From: Candidatus Wallbacteria bacterium
GTDB lineage: Bacteria; Muiribacteriota; UBA9980
NCBI GenBank assembly: GCA_041441465.1
Contig: JASDSY010000032.1
Span: 72-64,071 of the forward strand
Length of the DNA: 64,000 nucleotides
Direction of reading: 5' to 3'
The notes under the pieces were generated by a model, which made no database searches, was not told the DNA's origin, and worked only from the letters and a program-made list of their open reading frames with translations. The translations under genes and the position numbers were made by a program. Positions 56,293 through 64,000 of this stretch are shown in pieces (positions within the stretch are counted from its first letter, which is position 1; every line of letters starts with the position of its first letter).

Positions 56293-56332
56293 AAAAAACG
56301 GCAGTTAAAACGAGAGTTAACAGTCGTTTTTT
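56293..56332. terminator. Bidirectional intrinsic terminator
   Basis: AAAAAACGGCAGTTAA-aacgagag-TTAACAGTCGTTTTTT: 12-bp stem with one mismatch and one wobble, flanked by A and T runs. Confidence 0.55.
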
Positions 56333-56360
56333 ATTTTTTAGATTGCTCAAATTATTTAAT

Positions 56361-57041
56361 TTATGAATTATTGTTCATGAATTTTTCTATAAGTGCCGCC
56401 CTGTCAGTTCTGTTTCTGATTTTATTCACATACAACTGAAGCTTTAACGGCGGGACTTTAATATTATGTCCGTTCCAAAAAACGGTCTCCAGGTGATTTT
56501 GAGCGTAAGGTCCGCAGTCTACCGGTTCAGGGTTATCAAGGCGCTCTTGGGGATCTGAAGCTATATCTATGCGCGCATGAAGAAATAGAACGCCAAAGTC
56601 TTTGGTTACCCAGCCTTGAGTGTCAATTATAGGCTCTATGATATAATCCGAAAAAATATCAGCTATTCGTTCTACATCTTTAGAATTAATCATTATGTCA
56701 ATATCATGAGGGTTTAGTTTTATACCGCGTATGCAGGCGGCGCAGCTGCCGGTCAGCCACCAATCAATACCTGTATTTTTGATCTTAAGGCAAAATTCAT
56801 TTAACGCTTTTTCCCATGGAATTGGTTTGAAATAACCGAGCTGGCTGAACATTTCAAAAGCGTTATTGAAATAGTAATTTTTTATTTTTTCAATATTTTT
56901 TATTTTTTGTGGATAAGTTTTAATATAGCTGGTTCCGTCATTTTGATAGAAACACATTTTTAAGACTTTCTCATATTCCGGCGTGAAATCTGAGACACGG
57001 AAAATTATGCTCTCGTTTTTTTCTTCAAAGGATATTTTCAT
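56361..57041 (-). CDS. Nucleotidyltransferase-fold protein (aminoglycoside/lincosamide NTase-like)
   Basis: ATG at 57041 (AAAGGAA RBS). WWLTGSCAACIRGIKLNPHDIDIMI fits the G[GS]-x(9-13)-DxD Pol-beta NTase signature. Confidence 0.5.
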   Translation of the reverse strand: MKISFEEKNESIIFRVSDFTPEYEKVLKMCFYQNDGTSYIKTYPQKIKNIEKIKNYYFNNAFEMFSQLGYFKPIPWEKALNEFCLKIKNTGIDWWLTGSCAACIRGIKLNPHDIDIMINSKDVERIADIFSDYIIEPIIDTQGWVTKDFGVLFLHARIDIASDPQERLDNPEPVDCGPYAQNHLETVFWNGHNIKVPPLKLQLYVNKIRNRTDRAALIEKFMNNNS

Positions 57042-57078
57042 CTTTATTCCTTTCTGATACGATATGTTAAATTTTATG

Positions 57079-57123
57079 ATCATTGATTTATATGTATATT
57101 TAACATGCATATAAATCAATGAT
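57079..57123. promoter_or_regulatory. Perfect 16-bp inverted repeat between the sigma-VOC gene and the NTase-like gene
   Basis: ATCATTGATTTATATG (57079-57094) and CATATAAATCAATGAT (57108-57123), separated by a 13-nt spacer. Confidence 0.45.
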
Positions 57124-57169
57124 ATTTTTCCGACGCGTTTAAAGCGCAGTATATTTTTATTAAAATTTT

Positions 57170-58492
57170 TTATTCAGGCTTATAAGGATTTTTTATTTCA
57201 GGCGGCCATTCAAGAAATTGTATGACATATCCGTTAAGATCTTTTACTGTAATTGTTCTCGCGCCCCATTCTTCATTATTTATTTCTGATACGTCTTGCC
57301 AGCCGCTTTTTTTGATTTTAGCGAGCAAAAATTCCAGGTCTTCTACTGTAACAAGCGGCAAAATTCCGCATTTATGTTCGGAAAATTCGCCTTTTCTGAT
57401 GTGAAATCCTGTAAATTGCCTTGTACCATTTATAATACTGTTTTTTTCATCAGGGGTTACGCAGCCGTAAATGCATTTCCCGGATTCGTCGAAATAGCCC
57501 GGGCATGCATTCCAGCCCAAAACATTATTGTACCATTCAAGTGTTTTATCGACGGAGTCAGTGTGCAGCATAATATCGATATAATTTACAAGATAACCGC
57601 GTTCTGAGCATTTTTTTAATTCGTTTATTAAGGTTTCATATTTTTCATTCAGATTATCCTTTAATTCCCATTTTATCCTTTTTATTGTTTCCTCATCACA
57701 GCATGAAAGTATGAGAGCCATTTCTTTGAACGCGAGGGTGCCGCTGCAAAGGGTTACGAATTCCTTGCCGCGGTTTATTGCGCCTATTTCCAGAAGTAAT
57801 GTTTCATTAAATTTTTCGCCGTCGTGAGCCAGTCTTAACATCTCTTTCTGGGTATTAAGAGATAATCTGGTAAAAACGTTAGAACCGAGTTCCATAAGTT
57901 TTAATTTGTCCATAATTAATTTTCTCCTTTTTATATAAAAATTATGGAGGTCGGTTTCATTGATATTCGAAGACATAATTTTAAAAATCCTGGAACGCGC
58001 TTCAAAAAGCCTGCTTTTGATTTTATTTAAACCGAGTCCGGTAAGCGCGCTCATCTGGTTTAAATTAAATCCGCAAAAATATTTCAGCGTTATTACCTCC
58101 CGATGCGCGGAAGTCAATAATTCGAGAGAGTAAGCCAGCTGGCTTAAAACATCGTTGTTTTCATGCGTGGCTTGATTTTCATGCAAATATGAATAAATAT
58201 TATTATTTTGGTTTAATGTTCTGGAGTTATAGAAAAATCGCGCAACTTCATTTTTGCATATTGCGAAAAGCCATGCTGACGACGACGCTTTATTTTTCAG
58301 GCGCCGCATATTAATAAACGCTTTGATGAATGTTTCCTGAGTGATTTCCTCTGCGTAATCCATATTTTTGGTTTTTTTCAGTGAATAATAAAGTATTTTC
58401 GAGTAATTTTCCTCGAAAAATACTTCAAATTCTTTTAAATTTAATGGTTCGGAATAAAAATTACGCTCGTTAACTTTAATCGAATTACTCAT
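57170..58492 (-). CDS. ECF-type sigma-70 factor fused to a C-terminal VOC/glyoxalase-like domain
   Basis: Region 2: AEEITQETFIKAF......SSAWLFAICKNEVARF. Region 4: LTSAHREVITLKYFCGFNLNQMSALTGLGLNKIKSRLFEARSRI. A ~120-aa linker follows. The C-terminus (TLEWYNNVLGWNA...GFHI...VEDLEFLLAKIKKSGW...EEWGARTITVKDLNGYVIQFLEW) looks like a VOC fold. Confidence 0.65.
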   Translation of the reverse strand: MSNSIKVNERNFYSEPLNLKEFEVFFEENYSKILYYSLKKTKNMDYAEEITQETFIKAFINMRRLKNKASSSAWLFAICKNEVARFFYNSRTLNQNNNIYSYLHENQATHENNDVLSQLAYSLELLTSAHREVITLKYFCGFNLNQMSALTGLGLNKIKSRLFEARSRIFKIMSSNINETDLHNFYIKRRKLIMDKLKLMELGSNVFTRLSLNTQKEMLRLAHDGEKFNETLLLEIGAINRGKEFVTLCSGTLAFKEMALILSCCDEETIKRIKWELKDNLNEKYETLINELKKCSERGYLVNYIDIMLHTDSVDKTLEWYNNVLGWNACPGYFDESGKCIYGCVTPDEKNSIINGTRQFTGFHIRKGEFSEHKCGILPLVTVEDLEFLLAKIKKSGWQDVSEINNEEWGARTITVKDLNGYVIQFLEWPPEIKNPYKPE

Positions 58493-58564
58493 TTATCCAA
58501 CCTCCGTATATATAGATCAAAAAAAATTAAAAAGGTTGGTATTAATAAAAAAAAATTATAAAAA

Positions 58565-59443
58565 TTAAAAAATCGCGATAATAATTACTCCGGCGAGCAT
58601 TAAAAATGTCCCGGCAAGTCTTTCGCGGATACCCGTCTCTTTGAAAAAAAGCCAGCCGTAAAGGACCCCGATTAAAAGACTCAATCTTTTAACTGATATT
58701 GTATATGCGACATTAACCATGCTCACTGAAAGCATGTGGCCCATTATCATCAGGGCATAAAAAAAACCTGGCAGTATCGAGTTTTTAACCGCGCCGTTTT
58801 TAAATATTTCTGCGATTTCTGCTTTTCCGCGGATTAAGGCAAGTGGTGTCATGCAAATTCCAAGGCCGATAAAAAAAGTCGCGCCGAAAAAAATTGACGA
58901 CGAGTTGTCGACGCCCATCTTGCCAAATGACGCGCTTATACTGTAAAGAAATGCGGTGATAATAATATAAATCGAGCCGCGTTCTTTTTTTATCGCCAGA
59001 ATTGGCTCCAATATTCCATTTTTAAATTCGCTTAAATTCAGGACATAACTTCCGGCGGCGATCATGATAATACCTGTAATTCCTATTGTAGAAACTTTTT
59101 CACCGAGAAGAATATAAGAAGTAAAGATTAAAAATACTGGTGAAAGCGCTAAAAATGGCAGTGTGAGACTCATCGGGGATACCTTTAGAGCTTTGACATA
59201 GAGCACAAGCGCGGCCATTTCGATGGGAATGGCCCAGCCGAAAGCGTAATAAAAGTTTGGTGCGATTTTGGGCGGCTGAGTGAAATAGAGCGCGCCAAGC
59301 AGAAACGGCATGGCGGTTACGAGGCGCAGCCATCCTATAATATATTCATTGTGCCGTTTTAAGGCTTTTTTTAAAAGAGCGTCGCTGGTCGCGAGCGAAA
59401 ATGCCGAGACCAGCGCTAAAACTAACCATAAATAATTGTGCAT
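58565..59443 (-). CDS. EamA/DMT-family transporter
   Basis: 292 aa with 10 hydrophobic segments in a 5+5 arrangement, as in EamA-like proteins. Confidence 0.7.
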   Translation of the reverse strand: MHNYLWLVLALVSAFSLATSDALLKKALKRHNEYIIGWLRLVTAMPFLLGALYFTQPPKIAPNFYYAFGWAIPIEMAALVLYVKALKVSPMSLTLPFLALSPVFLIFTSYILLGEKVSTIGITGIIMIAAGSYVLNLSEFKNGILEPILAIKKERGSIYIIITAFLYSISASFGKMGVDNSSSIFFGATFFIGLGICMTPLALIRGKAEIAEIFKNGAVKNSILPGFFYALMIMGHMLSVSMVNVAYTISVKRLSLLIGVLYGWLFFKETGIRERLAGTFLMLAGVIIIAIF

Positions 59444-59581
59444 TTCATTACACGCTTTCTATTTTTACGACTGCTATATGGCAGAAAACAATTTTTAAAA
59501 ATTAAAATTAATTTTTGTATTACCGAATTAAGTAATCAAAATTGAGCGATTTTAAATGTGTAAGATTTTATTTGCCGGAAT

Positions 59582-61171
59582 TTAACTGTTTTTTGCTTTT
59601 TTTCCTGAAATTAATGACATCGCCTGCGGCAGTTGATTGATGATGTCCGCGGTAGTGAGCGAATATTCAAAAATTTCGCTGACTGCCAGATCTGCGGCTT
59701 TGCCGTGTACGTAAGAACCGCACACCGCGGCGTTTAAAAGCGTCATACCCTGTCCTAAAAAACCGGCAATAAGCCCGGTCAATGCGTCGCCCATTCCGCC
59801 TTTCGCTAAAGCTGCGTTGCCCGAGGTGTTTACAAATGTCGTTCCGGTTTCGTCGCATATTACGCTTCTGTGTCCTTTTAAAAGCGTCACGCATTTTTTG
59901 TCGCGCGAAAAATCATTGCATATTGATATTCTATTTAGCAATATGCCTGTTATATCCATATTTATTATTTTTGACATCTCTTTTAAATGTGGGGTTATGA
60001 CCATTTTTAAATTTTTATTGGCGAAAACTTTTTTCGCGTATTTTGTGATAGCCCATAAACCGTCGGCGTCAAGACATACCGGCACTTCGAGTTTAGATAG
60101 TATTTCAGCTGTGAAATTTGCGGTTTCATTATTATCGGAAAGGCCCATGCCGATTCCGACGGCAGTTATTTTATTTTTATTAATAAAATTTAAAACTGCT
60201 CTTATGTTATCGTCGCAGTCGGAAATATGCCCGTCTTCGGCTGTTTTTAAGCCGACTATGATGGCGTCCGTATTGTATGCCTGTGCCTGCTGAAGTATTG
60301 CGTCTGGAACCATCATATATGAAATGCCGGCACCTGATTTTAAAAGTGCATTGCATGCTATTTTAGGGGCGCCCGAATAAAGTTTTGAGCCGCCGATAAG
60401 AAGCACTCTGCCGAAATCGCCTTTGTTCGAATTTTCAGGGCGCGGTCGGAGGCGTTCTTTGACATATTCTTCGGTCGTGATATTTACTTTGAATTCATCT
60501 GAGTTTAAAAGGTTTTTGGGAATGCTGATGTCGGCGACATAAATTTTACCGATGTATTGCGAACCCGGGTCGAGTACATGCCCGATTTTTGGCGCGGCAA
60601 AAGTTACGGTCATTGCGGCTTTTATAGCGGCTCCCATTACAAGACCAGTAGTTCCGTTTATTCCAGACGGAATGTCTATTGCGATTTTAGGAACCGGAAT
60701 GCTGTTTAATCCGTTTATAAGCGCGAGGTATAATCCGTCGACGTGTTTGGACAGGCCCGTTCCGAAGATGGCGTCTATTATTATGTCAGAGAAATTAGCC
60801 ATATTCAATGCTTCGTAAATTGAGCTTTCAGAAGTTATCTCGAACACAAGCACATTCATTTTCTTTAATATTTGAAGGTTTTCGGCTGTTACGCCCTTGT
60901 ATTTCGAGGAAGGCTGAGTGGTTATTACCGTTACGCTCGTGCCTAAATTATGAAGATGCCTTGCGATTACAAAACCGTCGCCGCCGTTATTGCCCGGGCC
61001 GCAGACTATTAAGATATTTTTTTGCGCGATGTCCGGATAAGTTTCGCATATCGCTATTGCCGACTTTATCCCGGCGTTTTCCATTAATATGCTTTCAGAT
61101 ATTGAATAATCGTTCATTGCCATCTGGTCGATTTTCTGCATTTGTTCGGCTGTGAGTATCTTCAATTCCAA
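59582..61171 (-). CDS. nnr: Bifunctional NAD(P)H-hydrate repair enzyme (epimerase/ADP-dependent dehydratase)
   Basis: YjeF_N domain: VCGPGNNGGDGFV.AR.L. C-terminal carbohydrate-kinase domain: VLLIGGS..YSGAP, TPH..E, GGMGDALTG. TTG start. Confidence 0.9.
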   Translation of the reverse strand: MELKILTAEQMQKIDQMAMNDYSISESILMENAGIKSAIAICETYPDIAQKNILIVCGPGNNGGDGFVIARHLHNLGTSVTVITTQPSSKYKGVTAENLQILKKMNVLVFEITSESSIYEALNMANFSDIIIDAIFGTGLSKHVDGLYLALINGLNSIPVPKIAIDIPSGINGTTGLVMGAAIKAAMTVTFAAPKIGHVLDPGSQYIGKIYVADISIPKNLLNSDEFKVNITTEEYVKERLRPRPENSNKGDFGRVLLIGGSKLYSGAPKIACNALLKSGAGISYMMVPDAILQQAQAYNTDAIIVGLKTAEDGHISDCDDNIRAVLNFINKNKITAVGIGMGLSDNNETANFTAEILSKLEVPVCLDADGLWAITKYAKKVFANKNLKMVITPHLKEMSKIINMDITGILLNRISICNDFSRDKKCVTLLKGHRSVICDETGTTFVNTSGNAALAKGGMGDALTGLIAGFLGQGMTLLNAAVCGSYVHGKAADLAVSEIFEYSLTTADIINQLPQAMSLISGKKAKNS

Positions 61172-61410
61172 TTCTCCCCGCTTTTATAATTTTATTTATT
61201 TTTCTTTAGTTTATTATTTTCAGAACTTTTTTATTTTTACTTCGGACTAAAATTATATCACTTTTTTATAATTTATTCCACTAAAATTTAGCATACGATC
61301 AATTAGTTAAGGAGAAACAATATTAAAATTATTCTTGTAATTTTAATAAAAATCGATTAAAATTTAATGAAATAATTATAAAAATAATGGAATTAGAAAG
61401 GATGTTAAAC

Positions 61411-61713
61411 ATGGTAAAACATATAGTTGTCTGGCGTTTAAAAGAAACTGCACATTGTAATACAAAAGAAAAAAACGCCATGATTATTAAAGAAAAACTT
61501 GAGGCGTTGAACGGAAAGATTCCAGGAATGATAAAACTCGAGGTTGGCATTAATTTTTCGCAAGAAGAAAACGTTTCTGATATAGTTTTATATTCAGAAT
61601 TTGACAGTAAAGAATCATTAAAAAATTATCAGACACATCCTGAGCATAAGGCGGTTATGCCTTTTGTAATGGAAGCCCGCAGCGAGCGGCGGATGGTTGA
61701 TTACGAAGTATAA
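61411..61713 (+). CDS. Dabb (stress-responsive A/B barrel) family protein
   Basis: ATG at 61411 after AAAGGA. MVKHIVVWRLKE...L..L...IP....LEVG.N......D.VL.SEF.S.E.L..Y..HP.H. Confidence 0.75.
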   Translation: MVKHIVVWRLKETAHCNTKEKNAMIIKEKLEALNGKIPGMIKLEVGINFSQEENVSDIVLYSEFDSKESLKNYQTHPEHKAVMPFVMEARSERRMVDYEV

Positions 61714-61811
61714 TAAAATCCGAGGTTGTTTTTTTATCACCGGCAGGCCTTAGCAGGCAAGAGAAGGCTGATTAATCTTATTTTTATACATAAATATTGC
61801 AGTTAAATTAT

Positions 61812-61860
61812 AAATGCTTATAAACCTGCATTTACTAAGCAAGTTTATAAGCATTTTTTT
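61812..61860. terminator. Bidirectional intrinsic terminator
   Basis: Perfect 14-bp stem: AAATGCTTATAAAC (61812-61825) pairs with GTTTATAAGCATTT (61843-61856), followed by a T-run. Confidence 0.6.
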
Positions 61861-61872
61861 ATGTCCGGTCTT

Positions 61873-62997
61873 TTATATCAAATAGTTAAAAAGATAGCCT
61901 ACGATTAATATCCCTACCGATACGACTCCGACAAATACGGCAATTAACTGCCATTTCAAAACTTTTTTCAAAATTATGATTTCAGGAAGCGAAAGGCCGA
62001 TAACTGCCATCATAAAGGCGAGAACAGTTCCGAGCGCCGCGCCTTTTTCCATAAGCGCTTTTATAATAGGTATTATTCCTGCCGCGTTCGAATACATCGG
62101 AACGCCGAGTAAAACCGCCGCAGGAACAGACCACCATGCGCCCTTTCCCATTATCGCGGCCATTTCGTTTTCGGGAACATAGCCGTGGATGCCGGCGCCT
62201 ATCGCAATACCGAAAACTATGTAAATCCATACTTTATAAACTATTTCATGAACGGCGCCGACAGCGTAATTTATTCTGTCGTTCCATGTCATTTTTTCTT
62301 CGCCTGTTTCATTGTTTCCCATTTTTACGCTGAATACCCACTCTTCGATATATCTTTCGAGTTTTAATATGCCTATTACGTAACCTGCGAGTATCGCTAT
62401 AAAAAGGCCTGTAAATAAATACAAAGCCGCGACTTTTATGCCGAACATGCCGTAGAGCAGGACAAGCGCGACTTCATTTATCATCGGTGCTGAAATAAGG
62501 AATGAAAAAGTGACTCCAAGAGGTACGCCGGTTTCGACGAAGCCTATAAATAAAGGAATCGCAGAGCATGAGCAAAACGGAGTTACAATTCCAAGCGTTG
62601 CGGCCATTACGTTTCCGATAAATTCATTGCGGCCGGCGAGCATTGCCCTTGTGCGTTCTGCTGTGAAAAACGACCTTATTATTCCGACAAAAAAAACTAC
62701 TATTATGAGAAGCATTAAGACTTTTGGAATTTCAAAAATTAAAAACTCGATGGCGCTTCCGAAATGAGTGCCGGCGGTTAAGTTTAAAAGGTTATATGTC
62801 AAAAATTTTGCGATTTTATCGAGATTTGAATACAGAGCGTACCATAAAATTACGCCCAAAAAGATTTTAGAATATAACAAAATATTGATATTTGATTTTG
62901 CGGCATTATTATTTGAGGTATGTTCATTACACGGGCATGTGCTGGATTCGGCTGTTTGTTCTATAGTTTTTGCTGCCTCTTCAATTTTAGTTGACAT
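61873..62997 (-). CDS. Permease of the ArsP_1/YraQ (DUF318) family with Cys-containing N-terminal extension
   Basis: ATG at 62997. TPFCSCSAIPLF motif typical of this permease family; 8-10 TM segments. The N-terminal extension contains SSTCPCNEH. Confidence 0.65.
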   Translation of the reverse strand: MSTKIEEAAKTIEQTAESSTCPCNEHTSNNNAAKSNINILLYSKIFLGVILWYALYSNLDKIAKFLTYNLLNLTAGTHFGSAIEFLIFEIPKVLMLLIIVVFFVGIIRSFFTAERTRAMLAGRNEFIGNVMAATLGIVTPFCSCSAIPLFIGFVETGVPLGVTFSFLISAPMINEVALVLLYGMFGIKVAALYLFTGLFIAILAGYVIGILKLERYIEEWVFSVKMGNNETGEEKMTWNDRINYAVGAVHEIVYKVWIYIVFGIAIGAGIHGYVPENEMAAIMGKGAWWSVPAAVLLGVPMYSNAAGIIPIIKALMEKGAALGTVLAFMMAVIGLSLPEIIILKKVLKWQLIAVFVGVVSVGILIVGYLFNYLI

Positions 62998-63028
62998 ATA
63001 AATATTGTCCTTTCGATTAGTTTGAAAA

Positions 63029-63067
63029 AAATAAAGCAAATTGCAGAAATGACAATTCGCTTTATTT
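63029..63067 (-). terminator. Intrinsic terminator after ccdA (minus strand)
   Basis: 15-bp stem with one mismatch: AAATAAAGCAAATTG / CAATTCGCTTTATTT. On the minus strand it is followed by TTTTTTT. Confidence 0.5.
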
Positions 63068-63115
63068 CTATATTTTTTTTAAATTAAAAACTTAACTCAA
63101 GTTTTGCGTTTAACT

Positions 63116-63817
63116 TTATTGCGTTATAAAATAAATTCCCACGCCAAGTATTAAAACTGCGGCTACTTTTTTAAATACTTTATTGGTCCATGCCAGTTTT
63201 TCAGATGAAATAAGATTTTGTGCCGCGCCGATTGAGGTGCCGGCGATTATAATTAAAACCGAGTGGCCTATAGCGTATGCAAAAAGCAGTGTGCCGCCGT
63301 AAGTGTAGCTTCCTCCTTTGGCCATATACGCAAGAATTACCGCCAAAACCGGTACTGCGCATGGCGCTGACACAATGCCAAATAATGCGCCGAGAACTAT
63401 GGCGCCGAGAGGGCCTTTCCATGTAACTTTCGATGTTAACATAGATAAACGGTTGCTTTTAAATTCAAGCATTCCGAGAAGGTGCAGCGACATTAAAACG
63501 CAGATAAAAAAAATTATGTAATTCCAATGTTTGCCGACATTTCCGAAAAGCTTGCCGAATGCCACCGCAAAAATTCCAAGTCCGGTGAATGTCAGGCCTA
63601 TGCCGAGAACGAATAAAAACGAGAAAATTAAAGATTTTTTAAATCCTTTAAAATCATCGTATCCTCCGACAAAGCCCATCATTAGAGGCACCATCGCAAG
63701 GACGCAGGGGTTTGATGCTGTAAGAAGGCCGCCGAGAAAAGCCGCGATAACAGCGAAAAGCGGATTTGTTGAGATGTAGCTTCCCATGTTTTGAATAAAG
63801 GATTCAAGAAATTCCAT
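63116..63817 (-). CDS. ccdA: Cytochrome c biogenesis / thiol-disulfide transfer membrane protein CcdA (DsbD family)
   Basis: LLTASNPCVLAMVPL and IVSAPCAVPVL Cys-containing TM helices; 6 TM segments. Confidence 0.8.
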   Translation of the reverse strand: MEFLESFIQNMGSYISTNPLFAVIAAFLGGLLTASNPCVLAMVPLMMGFVGGYDDFKGFKKSLIFSFLFVLGIGLTFTGLGIFAVAFGKLFGNVGKHWNYIIFFICVLMSLHLLGMLEFKSNRLSMLTSKVTWKGPLGAIVLGALFGIVSAPCAVPVLAVILAYMAKGGSYTYGGTLLFAYAIGHSVLIIIAGTSIGAAQNLISSEKLAWTNKVFKKVAAVLILGVGIYFITQ

Positions 63818-64000
63818 TATAATTTAGCTCCTAATTCTTTTAATTTAGCTGTAATTTCTTCTTTCGGGTAAAATCCTTCATGACGGAATATTTCGTTTTC
63901 TTTAGAATCAAGGAATATCTGAGTAGGTATAAGTATTACTTTGTATTTTTCGGCGATTTCCTTGTTTTCTGAAATGTCGTGATTTTTAACGTCAACTTTT
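63817..64000 (-). CDS. Thioredoxin-family protein, C-terminal fragment (5' end beyond window)
   Basis: My own translation of the minus strand: ...VDVKNHDISENKEIAEKYKVILIPTQIFLDSKENEIFRHEGFYPKEEITAKLKELGAKL*. The stop overlaps the ccdA start (TAATG). The [VI]PT motif and the context with CcdA suggest a thioredoxin fold. Confidence 0.6.
   Translation of the reverse strand, partial: KVDVKNHDISENKEIAEKYKVILIPTQIFLDSKENEIFRHEGFYPKEEITAKLKELGAKL

Noticed and set aside
1-64000. CRISPR arrays, tRNA/rRNA genes, IS elements, integrases or prophage modules
   Set aside because: I looked in all intergenic regions of 150 nt or more. I found no regularly spaced direct repeats, no cloverleaf-compatible 70-90-nt segments, and no transposase- or integrase-like ORFs. 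The only repeats are the ones reported. A formal tRNAscan/Infernal/ISfinder run is still advisable.

Overview
64-kb window from an AT-rich bacterium, probably an uncultivated lineage that I cannot place by eye. TTG/GTG starts are frequent. I saw no rRNA, tRNA, CRISPR array, transposase or integrase. About 45 credible protein genes are present. The left 10.4 kb is an accessory, defence-type island. It holds a very large MmeI/YeeA-family N6-adenine DNA methyltransferase (ORF open to the window edge). It also holds a 1743-aa protein fusing an SF2 DEAD/DEAH helicase, a DUF1998/MZB Cys4 module and a C-terminal DUF559/Vsr-like endonuclease fold. A HEPN-MNT pair on the opposite strand and an orphan DUF2442 gene sit between the two. 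This resembles DISARM or Druantia logic but matches no canonical architecture I know, and it is my top candidate for an undescribed system. A 1-kb non-coding gap follows, packed with GC-rich hairpins and a duplicated ~65-nt hairpin element. The rest is mostly housekeeping: dapA, cdaA-cdaR, dprA-smg-topA, trmFO, rpoB-rpoC, DUF1015, mobB, a NifS-like gene, a GAF-adenylate cyclase, an aminotransferase, a C11 peptidase, cstA, nnr, and a ccdA/thioredoxin/permease cluster. Other points of interest: rpoB (~1622 aa) and rpoC (2329 aa) are greatly expanded, including a ~1000-aa insertion in the beta-prime trigger loop and a Cys-rich insert in beta. There is also a triple-rubredoxin-cupin fusion, an ECF sigma factor fused to a VOC/glyoxalase domain, and a duplicated ~150-bp promoter/leader module in front of cstA and a PAS-like gene. 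All domain calls come from motif recognition by eye; no searches were run.
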